Of a stretch of DNA of 64,000 bases, positions 8,054 to 15,769 are shown piece by piece. The stretch is taken from assembly GCA_034005005.1 (NCBI GenBank), contig JAVEVO010000002.1:4389-68388 (forward strand), given 5' to 3'. How positions within the stretch are numbered: the first letter of the stretch is position 1; each line of letters starts with the position of its first letter. Both the position numbers and the translations under genes were made by a program. Origin of the DNA: Myxococcota bacterium. Lineage in GTDB: Bacteria; Myxococcota_A; JAVEVO01. The notes beneath the pieces are model-generated. The model was given only the letters and a program-made list of their open reading frames with translations. It had not been told where the DNA came from and ran no database searches.

Positions 8054-10348
8054 TCACCGCTCGTCGTCCTCGTCCTGGTCCTCGTCCTGGTCCTCGTCCT
8101 CCTGGTCCTCCTCTTGATCCTCCTCCTCCACACCATCTGGTTCGTCCACCTGCCAGGAGCGATCGACCAGCTTGCCCATGGCTTCGTACTCGATGACCGC
8201 GGACTGCCAGATCAGCTCCTGGCCGACCTCGCTCGCCCCCGCGGCAGAGGCCATCACCGCGGCGCGCAAGGCGCTGTTCTTGATGTGGCCACCGCTCATC
8301 TCGAAGGCCTCGGCGAGCTCGTCCCAGTCCACATCCCGCGCGAGCGGCGCCTCCGCGGGGAAGGCCAGCGCCCAGAGCCGGCGTCGCTGAGACCGGCTGG
8401 GCGCCCGGAACGAGATGCGGAACTTGATGCGCCGGCGGAAGGCCTCGTCGATCACCTCGCCATGGTTGGTGGTCAAGACGGCGACACCGCCGAACTGCTC
8501 GAACAACTGGAGCAGGTGGTTGACCTCCAGGTTGGCGTAGCGGTCCACGGAGCTCCGGACCTCGGTGCGCTTCGTGAACAGGCTGTCCGCTTCATCGAAC
8601 AGGATCACGGAGGGCACGTCCTGGGCGGCCGCGAAGAGCCGGGAGAGGTTCTTCTCGGTCTCACCGACGTACTTGTCGACGAGGGAGGAGAGGTCCACCC
8701 GGTACAGATCCAGCCCGAGCTCGCGCGCGATGACCGAGGCCACCATGGTCTTCCCCGTCCCGGGCGGCCCCTCGAACAACGCGGTGAGCCCTTTACCATA
8801 GGGGAACTTCCGCCCGAACCCCCATTGTTCGAAGACGCGACGCTGATGACGAGCGAAGTGGACGATCTCCTCGAGGCGAGCGCGGGTCTCGACGGGCAGC
8901 ACGACGTCGGGCCAGCCGAACCCCGTCGCGATGCGCTGGGCGATCTTCCCCAGGCGCTCCCCGAGGCGCTGCTGGCACTCCCGCTCGAGCAGCGCGGGCA
9001 GGCCTTCCGGGGAGCCCTCGGCGAGCCGCTCGACCGCTTGCGCCGCGGCCAGACGGATGTCGCCCCCGGAGAGGGCGTAGCGCGCGCCGAGATCCATCCC
9101 GTCGACGCTCGTGGTCAGCCTGGAGTCGAGGAACCGACTCCAGAGCAGCGCGCGCTCAGGGGCCGACGGCAGCGGCAGGCCGAAGCGGAGCAGCCGCGCC
9201 CCGGCCAGTTCGAGCCCCAACCAGTCCGCCCGTTCGAGGCTACGCACGAAGACGGACGCGTCTGCCCGTTGCACCAGCTCGGTCAAACGAACGGCCAATC
9301 CCGGGGCCAGCCCCTCCCGGTCCGGTGGCGGCGCCGACGGCGCGTCGAGCAGCAGCATCGCCCCGTGCAGCCGAGCTTCGCGCAGCAGGGCCGCGAGCCT
9401 CCCCACGGCCTCCTCCGGCGCGGCGAGCAGCGGCGCCAGGTCGGCCTGCAGGAGCCGCTGGCCCCGGCGCGCGGCCAGCCAGCGCCCAGCGCTGCGACGC
9501 CCCGTCCCGCATGGCCCGTAGAGATTGCACCAGGCTGGTGCGCCAGCCTGACCGAGCTGCCCGCCGAGACGGGCCAGCTCAGCCAGCAGCTCGGCGCCGA
9601 GCACGAGCGGCTCGGATGGGTCGGGCAGCGGCAGCAGGCGGGCCTGCAGCTCGGGGGCAACTCCCACGGAGCCGGTGCCACCGAGCAGGAGCGAGGCGAT
9701 CCGACCGGAGAGGTGGAGCTGACGACCACGCAGGGGCAGGTCGCGGGCCCCCTCGTCCTCGAGGTGGACGAGACCGTGGACCACCAAGGGAGAGCCGGGC
9801 GCGAGCCGCCGGAGCACATCGCGAGCGCCCGGGGGGCTGCCGCCGAGGAGATCGGCCAGGAAACCGGCGGTGGGGAGCTTGCGGCCGAAGTCGTTCCAGG
9901 CGAAGCACCAGGCCCGCTCAAAACGGGAGTCGGAGGCTGGCGCGAGCAGCGCCAGGAGGATCCAGCGATCGAGTGGCTCGAGGGGAAACCGGTCGATCAA
10001 GCGATTGAAGGGTAGCTCCACTCCCTCGACGGCGCTGGAGATCAGCCGACGGTCCAGCTCGAGCCGGGAGGCCTTGAGGCGGTCCTCGAGCTCGGGCTCG
10101 GGCAGGTCGATGACGGGAGGCGCATGGAGCAGCCGCCCCACCTCGCGCCCAGGAACGTAGAGGCCGCGGCTGTCCTCGCCCGGCTGGTGGTGCGCTGCCA
10201 GGTAACGGACCAGCAGCAGCCGGGCCCACCCCAGCTCCGCGTCGAGGTGTGCGGTCGCGTCGCGAAAGGGGGCGTCCGAGGCGACGTCCACGCGCACCAC
10301 GGCTCCGGCAGACTCGTCAAGCTCGGCTCGGTCCTCACGGTTTGACAA
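8054..10348 (-). CDS. AAA+ ATPase with a degenerate N-terminal AAA domain and a canonical C-terminal AAA domain (Afp15/Pvc15-like loader-type ATPase), acidic DE-repeat C-terminal tail
   Basis: Canonical Walker A (GPPGTGKT), Walker B ([11 protein letters not shown]) and sensor/arginine-finger region ([15 protein letters not shown]) near the C-terminus. A degenerate first P-loop ([13 protein letters not shown]) lies upstream. The tail is [24 protein letters not shown]. Proposed TTG start at 10348 with GGAG 5 nt upstream. The 5' part of ORF 8054..14413 (above about 10350) is antisense to the real + gene and is not counted. Confidence 0.8.
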   Translation of the reverse strand: MSNREDRAELDESAGAVVRVDVASDAPFRDATAHLDAELGWARLLLVRYLAAHHQPGEDSRGLYVPGREVGRLLHAPPVIDLPEPELEDRLKASRLELDRRLISSAVEGVELPFNRLIDRFPLEPLDRWILLALLAPASDSRFERAWCFAWNDFGRKLPTAGFLADLLGGSPPGARDVLRRLAPGSPLVVHGLVHLEDEGARDLPLRGRQLHLSGRIASLLLGGTGSVGVAPELQARLLPLPDPSEPLVLGAELLAELARLGGQLGQAGAPAWCNLYGPCGTGRRSAGRWLAARRGQRLLQADLAPLLAAPEEAVGRLAALLREARLHGAMLLLDAPSAPPPDREGLAPGLAVRLTELVQRADASVFVRSLERADWLGLELAGARLLRFGLPLPSAPERALLWSRFLDSRLTTSVDGMDLGARYALSGGDIRLAAAQAVERLAEGSPEGLPALLERECQQRLGERLGKIAQRIATGFGWPDVVLPVETRARLEEIVHFARHQRRVFEQWGFGRKFPYGKGLTALFEGPPGTGKTMVASVIARELGLDLYRVDLSSLVDKYVGETEKNLSRLFAAAQDVPSVILFDEADSLFTKRTEVRSSVDRYANLEVNHLLQLFEQFGGVAVLTTNHGEVIDEAFRRRIKFRISFRAPSRSQRRRLWALAFPAEAPLARDVDWDELAEAFEMSGGHIKNSALRAAVMASAAGASEVGQELIWQSAVIEYEAMGKLVDRSWQVDEPDGVEEEDQEEDQEDEDQDEDQDEDDER

Positions 10349-10408
10349 CTCGGCTCCGGCTGCTAGGGTGAAATCCCTAATACCATTGCAGAGCCGCAGG
10401 AGTCGACA
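10349..10408. promoter_or_regulatory. 60-bp divergent intergenic region between the AAA ATPase and DUF4157 genes; AT-rich core with a TAGGG-N6-CCCTA palindrome
   Basis: tagggtgaaatcccta (10364-10379) followed by the AT-rich taataccattgcagagc. Both divergent start codons (TTG 10348 on the minus strand, GTG 10409 on the plus strand) flank it. Confidence 0.35.
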
Positions 10409-13400
10409 GTGGCGAACCCGACCCACATGCACCAGGTCAGTCGTGTGGCCAGCGGCCGGACCGTGAGCCGCCAGGTCGACTCCGGGGGGGCGATGCAGGC
10501 ACCGGTCGGCGGCGCCAAGGTCGCGCTGCACCGGGGCGATCCCGGAGTGCAGCGACAGGTGGCCCGCCAGCTCCAGGCGGAGCAAGGAAACGCCGCGGTG
10601 GCCCGGCTGGCCCAGGAGCACGAAGGTGAGCCCGACGGAGGCGCCGAACCGCTGTCCGTGGACGCGGCGTTCGCCCTGGCCACGTCCGGCCGCTCGTCCC
10701 GCCTCCCCTTCGCGGCCGAGCTCGGTCCCAAGCTGGGCCTGGACCTCTCCCGGGTGAAGGCCTACCTCGGGGGCCCCGAGGCCGAAGCCGGGCTGGCGGC
10801 GCTCGGTGCCGAGGCCGCGGCCCACGGCGACCAGGTCGCGTTCCGCATGGCATCCCCCTCCAAGGAGCTCGTCGCGCACGAGGCGACCCACATCGCCCAG
10901 CAGGGAGGCAAGCCGGGCGCGACCTCCGGCTTGACCGTCAGCCAGCCCGGAGACGCCCTCGAACGTCAGGCCGAGAGCACCGGCCGCGACCTGGCCGCGG
11001 GCAAGACCCCCACCGGCGGGAAGGACGACCAGGCAGCCGCCGGCTCCTCGCTGGCCCGCGCGCCGGGCCCCGCGGACCCGATCCCGGTCCAGATCGACAC
11101 GGCCCTCGCGGCCACGCCGCTCAAGGCGGGAGCGGTCTACAAGCTGATCTTCCACAAGGATTTCGCGCTGGCCGATCGCACGATCCTGGGCCAGGACGCG
11201 ACCAAGATGGCCAAGATCGCCGCGGCCTTCGCGGCGGACGGCAGCAACATGGCCAAGGCCGCCATCCGGCTCGCCTGCACGCTGGCCGACGTCATCAAGT
11301 GGTGCATGGCCGCCAACCAGGCGAGCAAGCTCGCGGAGAAGCACTTCCAGAACCGCTTCGCCGGGGCCACCGCCGACGAGATCGTCGGCCTGCTCGCCAA
11401 CACCGAGGCGCTGACCGCCTTGATCAACGGCCAGAAGACCGCCAGCCCCATCAAGGCGGCGAGCATGGTGGCGGCCCCCGACAAAACCAAGGCCCTCCTG
11501 ACCGACCCCACCGGCCGGAGCTGGGCGCTGGGGGTCCACGGTGGGCTGCGCAACGTCTTCAAGGCGATGGTCCAGGCCCAGAAGGACGCGATCAAGGCCG
11601 ACGCGCCCACCCTGGCAGCGCTGCTGGCGACGCCCGAGGCCGCGACCGAAGACCTCGCCCAGATGCTCAAGAACCTGGGCTACAAGCCCCTCGAGGCGAT
11701 CCCCCTGCTGCAGACGGCCAACAGCCTGGTCAAGCTCGGCATGCCGCCCTACCCGGCCTGGTTCTGCAAGGAGGTGACGCGCGCCGACCTCGAGCCCTTC
11801 TTCGCGGCGCCGGAGTTCGAGACGCTCAAGAGCTCGGCCGGGCCCGCGATCAAGCCCCTGGAGATCGAGAGCCTGAAGAAGAGCCCAGGTGACTTTGGTA
11901 CCTTGCTCGGCGCGCAGCCCAAGTTCAAGGAATGGATCCTGCAAGCGGAGGGCTGGCCCCCGCTGCTCGAGGCCGTCGCCAAGCGGCTGGACGCGGCGAT
12001 GTACAGCGGGCTCCTCGCGGGCAGCGAGTGGCCGACCCTGGTGCAGGACCTGTATCTCCAGAAGAAGTCGGGAGACACCAAGGACGCCGAGGAGGTCGTG
12101 GCCAAGCTCAAGAAGGTCATGCCCCCGGAACACCAGGAGAACCTGGCGCTGCTCCTGGGGCTGCACGAGCTGAAAGACAAGATCGACGAGGCCGTCGCCG
12201 AGGCGGCGAAGCCGCCGGGGGGCCCGGAGGCCGGCGCCGATGGCGAGGCCAAGGCGCTGACGCCAGCCGAGGCGCTGGAGGCGCAGCTCGCGAAACCGGC
12301 TCCACCACCCAAGGAGCTGCTGGCTGCGGTGCTGGCGCTGCCCGAGGCCGATCGGACGACCCTGGCGGCCGACGACGCGAAGATGTCCAAGATCGCCGCC
12401 CTGCTCGGTCGCGGTGGCCAGGACGTGGTCAAACTGGCGATCGATCTGAAGGCCGCGCTCGACCAGATCGTCCGGTGGGTGCAGGCCGCGGGCCAGGCGG
12501 CCAAGCTCGGCAACAAGCCCTTCGTCGCCCGCGTCCACGACCAGGCCACCGACGTCGAGGTCACCGCCTTCGTCGACAAGCCCGAGCTGCAGACGCTCAT
12601 CGCCGCAGCGGGCAAGGCGGTCAAGCCGCTGGCGATCAAGGACCTCACCGGGAGCACGGCGAAGATGGGCGCGCTGCTCGGGGCCAAGGCCGCGTTCCGC
12701 ACCTGGGCGGTGACGGTCCAGACCTGGGGCGCGCTGCTCGACTACCTGGCCAAGCAGACCGACGCCACCCTGGCCGCGGCGCTGATCGCGGGAGCCGAGT
12801 GGAACAACCTCGTCCAGGACATCGAGCAGCAACGGACCGCCGGTGACCAGACCAAGGCCCGCAAGGCGCTCGACGCGCTCTTCGCAGCGACCCCGGACGG
12901 CAACCTCAACGAGCTGCAGCAGCTCTTCCAGGCCCGCTTCGGCATCTCCGTGACCTCGGCCCAGGCGGCCAATCCGGCGAACACCAAGGCGATGACCGAA
13001 GGCGATGGCCAGCATGAGCGAGCCTGGGACGCACCCGCCCTCCGGCGAGTCTACGATTCCTACAAGAAGCTGCCGCCAGGCCAGGTGGAATCGGGGAAGA
13101 CCGAGGTCGCGACCAGCTACGTCACCTACGATCCGGTCTGTCCGGCCTGCGGCAACGACAACTCCAAGGACGCTGCCGGAAACAAAGTCGGGCAATGGGG
13201 GCCCAACTGCTCCGGCGGAGCTGCCCCATGCGGCGCGGCCCTCGACGTGACCAACAACTGGAGCGGCTTCGCCTACAACGCCACCCCGCACCTGTCCATC
13301 CAGTACGACGATCAGGACATCGCCAAGGACGAGACCGGGGGGTACACGGACAACGCCAAGGACCTGCGCCGCAACACCAAGCTGCTGGACTACACCGCGC

Positions 13401-14086
13401 TGCACGAGCTGGGCCATCGCGTCGATGAGGGACGAAAGTACACCAACAAGGACCAGACCTTCCTGGACCTGGCCGGGTGGAAGGCCTACCCCGTCGGGAA
13501 CGCGGGGGGAGGGGCGGATCTCGCCAAGAAGCTGCGGGACAAGATGGGTGCCCCCTACGGGGGAGGCGCGCTGACCGACCCCGAGAAGGCGCTCGTGGTG
13601 GACGGTGCAGCCAACGCCCTGGCCGCGGCGACTCGCCCGAAGATCGTGGACGATCTGAAACCTCACCTCCAGGCGGCGTACACCGCCAAGTACGGCGGCC
13701 TGGCCGCGGGGATGGATGGCAGCAAGGCCTACCGCGAGTTCGACAACGTCGCCGGCACGGGGCTGTGGAGCGCGGCCAAGACGTCGAACCTCTACGTGCA
13801 GGTCGCAGCCGGCAACGAGGCCAACTCCCCCTGGTACACGGGGGAGCCCTTCGGGAGATTGAACAAGGGACTCCAGTTCCACGAAGGGTACGGGTACGAG
13901 GGCTGCTGGTGGGCCTACAAGACGACGGCGTGGAGCACGAAGATCAGCCTCTATCAGTTCCGCTGCCCAGCCGACCACTTTGCAGAGCTCTACGCACTCT
14001 GGTGGGTCACTGCGACACCAGGAGATAAAGTCAAAGGCAAGGCCCGGGACTGGTTCAAGTCCAAGAACCTCCACAAGGACGGCTGA
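10409..14086 (+). CDS. DUF4157 (PVC/eCIS-associated zincin, HExxH) domain protein, 1225 aa, with internal duplication and a C-terminal second HExxH putative toxin domain
   Basis: AGGAG RBS, then GTG 10409. The DUF4157 signature is …SGRSSRLPFAAELGPKLGLDLSRVKAYLGG…GDQVAFRMASPSKELVAHEATHIAQQ. Two roughly 330-aa Ala/Lys-rich helical repeats follow (…DATKMAKIAAAFAADG… and …DDAKMSKIAALLGRGG…). The C-terminal Cys-containing domain carries HELGHRVDEG. Confidence 0.8.
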   Translation: MANPTHMHQVSRVASGRTVSRQVDSGGAMQAPVGGAKVALHRGDPGVQRQVARQLQAEQGNAAVARLAQEHEGEPDGGAEPLSVDAAFALATSGRSSRLPFAAELGPKLGLDLSRVKAYLGGPEAEAGLAALGAEAAAHGDQVAFRMASPSKELVAHEATHIAQQGGKPGATSGLTVSQPGDALERQAESTGRDLAAGKTPTGGKDDQAAAGSSLARAPGPADPIPVQIDTALAATPLKAGAVYKLIFHKDFALADRTILGQDATKMAKIAAAFAADGSNMAKAAIRLACTLADVIKWCMAANQASKLAEKHFQNRFAGATADEIVGLLANTEALTALINGQKTASPIKAASMVAAPDKTKALLTDPTGRSWALGVHGGLRNVFKAMVQAQKDAIKADAPTLAALLATPEAATEDLAQMLKNLGYKPLEAIPLLQTANSLVKLGMPPYPAWFCKEVTRADLEPFFAAPEFETLKSSAGPAIKPLEIESLKKSPGDFGTLLGAQPKFKEWILQAEGWPPLLEAVAKRLDAAMYSGLLAGSEWPTLVQDLYLQKKSGDTKDAEEVVAKLKKVMPPEHQENLALLLGLHELKDKIDEAVAEAAKPPGGPEAGADGEAKALTPAEALEAQLAKPAPPPKELLAAVLALPEADRTTLAADDAKMSKIAALLGRGGQDVVKLAIDLKAALDQIVRWVQAAGQAAKLGNKPFVARVHDQATDVEVTAFVDKPELQTLIAAAGKAVKPLAIKDLTGSTAKMGALLGAKAAFRTWAVTVQTWGALLDYLAKQTDATLAAALIAGAEWNNLVQDIEQQRTAGDQTKARKALDALFAATPDGNLNELQQLFQARFGISVTSAQAANPANTKAMTEGDGQHERAWDAPALRRVYDSYKKLPPGQVESGKTEVATSYVTYDPVCPACGNDNSKDAAGNKVGQWGPNCSGGAAPCGAALDVTNNWSGFAYNATPHLSIQYDDQDIAKDETGGYTDNAKDLRRNTKLLDYTALHELGHRVDEGRKYTNKDQTFLDLAGWKAYPVGNAGGGADLAKKLRDKMGAPYGGGALTDPEKALVVDGAANALAAATRPKIVDDLKPHLQAAYTAKYGGLAAGMDGSKAYREFDNVAGTGLWSAAKTSNLYVQVAAGNEANSPWYTGEPFGRLNKGLQFHEGYGYEGCWWAYKTTAWSTKISLYQFRCPADHFAELYALWWVTATPGDKVKGKARDWFKSKNLHKDG

Positions 14087-14087
14087 C

Positions 14088-14774
14088 GTGACGGTGCGCC
14101 GAGCTCGAACCTCGAGCTGGTCCTTGCTGACCGCAGCCTGGGCCTTGCTGGCGAGCGCCTGCAATCCCGAGGGCGTCCGGGCCGAGCCCCCCGCCTCTGG
14201 AACCCCTCCGGCCGCTCCGCGCCCGGCCGACCTGCAACCAACCCCGGAGAAGCCCATGGACCCCCGCGCCGCTCTCGAGCAACAGATCCGCCAGGCCCGC
14301 CCGGGCGCCGCCTTCACCGTGACCGAGGTCCCCTTCGGCGTGGCGGGCTGGTCCTTCTTCGACGTCACCTTCACCCCGACCGCCACGGCCATGGACCGGA
14401 GCGCCGACCGCACGGCCTACACGCTGCGCGCCGACGGCAGCGTGGTCGCGGGAGACCGACGGCCGGAGCTGGGACGGATCCTCGGCCGGGCCGGCGCGCT
14501 GGAGCCGGGAGCCGGAGGGCGCACACCCCGACAGCTCGCCGAGCTCGTCCTTCACGTGCTGGGGCGGCCGGAGAGCCCGCTCGACGGACCGGGAAGGGAT
14601 CCGCAGAGCCCGCAGGGGCACGCCGCGCCCCCCTTGCTCGAGGCGACTGCCCAGGGGGTCCAGCTCCGCTTCTTCACCCTGCAGGCCGGTGCCATGGTAC
14701 CGGAAGTCGTCCGCTACCAGATCGATCTCTCACGGGATCTCACCCTGACCATGGAGCGCCGCGCGCTCCGCTGA
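14088..14774 (+). CDS. Small lipoprotein immediately downstream of the DUF4157 protein (candidate immunity/partner protein)
   Basis: GTG at 14088 lies 2 nt after the upstream TGA. Signal peptide and lipobox (…SWSLLTAAWALLASAC). No recognisable family. The earlier part of ORF 13980..14774 overlaps the upstream gene and is excluded. Confidence 0.5.
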   Translation: MTVRRARTSSWSLLTAAWALLASACNPEGVRAEPPASGTPPAAPRPADLQPTPEKPMDPRAALEQQIRQARPGAAFTVTEVPFGVAGWSFFDVTFTPTATAMDRSADRTAYTLRADGSVVAGDRRPELGRILGRAGALEPGAGGRTPRQLAELVLHVLGRPESPLDGPGRDPQSPQGHAAPPLLEATAQGVQLRFFTLQAGAMVPEVVRYQIDLSRDLTLTMERRALR

Positions 14775-14787
14775 CAAGGGTTCCAAC

Positions 14788-15369
14788 GTGACCACCGAGG
14801 ACCCGGACCTGCCCGAGCGCGCAGACCTGGAACAGGGCCTGAAGTACCTGCACCTCGTCGGCGAATCGCTGCGCAACGAGCTGGTGGCCGAAGGGGGACT
14901 CCTCTACGCCCTGGTGGACCTGCTGATCGCCAAGGGAATGATCCGCACGGTCGAGCTGGAGCAGCCGCGGGCAGAGGCCGCGGCCCGGGTGCAGCAGACC
15001 CTCGCGGCCATCCCGTCCCTGGCCTTCGGGCCGCTGGTCGACAAGTACGCCTTGGTCGTGGCCGGCCCCAGCGACTGCCTGGCGCGGCTGCCCGTGTGCC
15101 GGGGCGCCTGCTGCCGGCTGCCCCGCTGCCTGTCGGTCCAGGACCTGCAGGAGGGCGGGCTGCGGTGGGACTACTTCGCCCCCTACCTCCTCGGTCGCAC
15201 GCCGGACGGTCGCTGTCTGCATCAAGACGCACACCACCGCTGCACGGTCTACGACCGGCGGCCGGCCGCGTGCCGGAGCTACGACTGCCGCACCGACGGC
15301 CGCATCTGGCTGGACTTCGACCGCTGGCTGGTCCACCCGGACGTGGAGCAGCTCGGACGGCCCCGCTGA
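14788..15369 (+). CDS. YkgJ-family Fe-S/zinc-cluster protein (CxxCxxCC domain)
   Basis: …LPVCRGACCRLPRCLSV…CLHQDAHHRCTVYDRRPAACRSYDCR… matches the PF03692/UPF0153 cysteine pattern. Confidence 0.65.
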   Translation: MTTEDPDLPERADLEQGLKYLHLVGESLRNELVAEGGLLYALVDLLIAKGMIRTVELEQPRAEAAARVQQTLAAIPSLAFGPLVDKYALVVAGPSDCLARLPVCRGACCRLPRCLSVQDLQEGGLRWDYFAPYLLGRTPDGRCLHQDAHHRCTVYDRRPAACRSYDCRTDGRIWLDFDRWLVHPDVEQLGRPR

Positions 15370-15619
15370 CGGCAGGGGGACCACACGCGGCGGCCGCTGC
15401 TCGCGGGTTCGGCCGCAATCCGGCCCTGTCCCCCGATGACCGGGCGACGGCCAGAGCAGGCCGGTCGGCAGCAGAGCTGGCCAGGACACCCCCGAGCGCG
15501 CAGACCGGCCTCCGGATCGCGGCACGACCGGACGCTGGCCCCCTCACCTGCAGGAGCCAGCATTCGGTGCCTGCCCCACCGCCCCTTGCCAGGACCACGC
15601 CCGGGGGCTACTCTGCCCC

Positions 15620-15712
15620 CCGTCTGTAGGGGTGTCCCGACTACACGGTCGGGGCTGAGATCACACCCTCGGAACCTGACCCGGGTCATGCCGGCGTAGG
15701 GAACGGACGAGC
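15620..15712 (+). promoter_or_regulatory. TPP (thiamin pyrophosphate, THI-box) riboswitch
   Basis: ctgtaggggtgtccc…ggggctgagatcacaccctcggaacctgacccgggtcatgccggcgtagggaacgg matches the conserved THI-element core (AGGGGUGyCC…GCUGAGA…ACCCU..GAACCUGAyCCGGGUmAUGCCGGCGUAGGGAA). A downstream cctcctcc (15731-15738) can pair with the SD ggagg at 15766-15770. Confidence 0.8.
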
Positions 15713-15769
15713 GCAGCCCTCCCCCCGAGGCCTCCTCCAGGTATCCCCCGCGGCCGGACCCTGCCGGAG

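Noticed and set aside
10349-14413. Upper two-thirds of the 2119-aa minus ORF 8054..14413 as a single giant AAA protein
   Set aside because: Above about 10350 the minus-frame translation is featureless and lies exactly antisense to the DUF4157 gene, which has clear domain signatures. A TTG start with GGAG RBS at 10348 gives a sensible 764-aa two-AAA-domain ATPase.
8054-14774. Complete extracellular contractile injection system locus around the DUF4157/AAA pair
   Set aside because: Flanking genes (lipoprotein, sigma factor; YkgJ, TonB receptor) show no sheath, tube, baseplate or spike signatures. Only the effector/ATPase(/lipoprotein) trio is present in this window.
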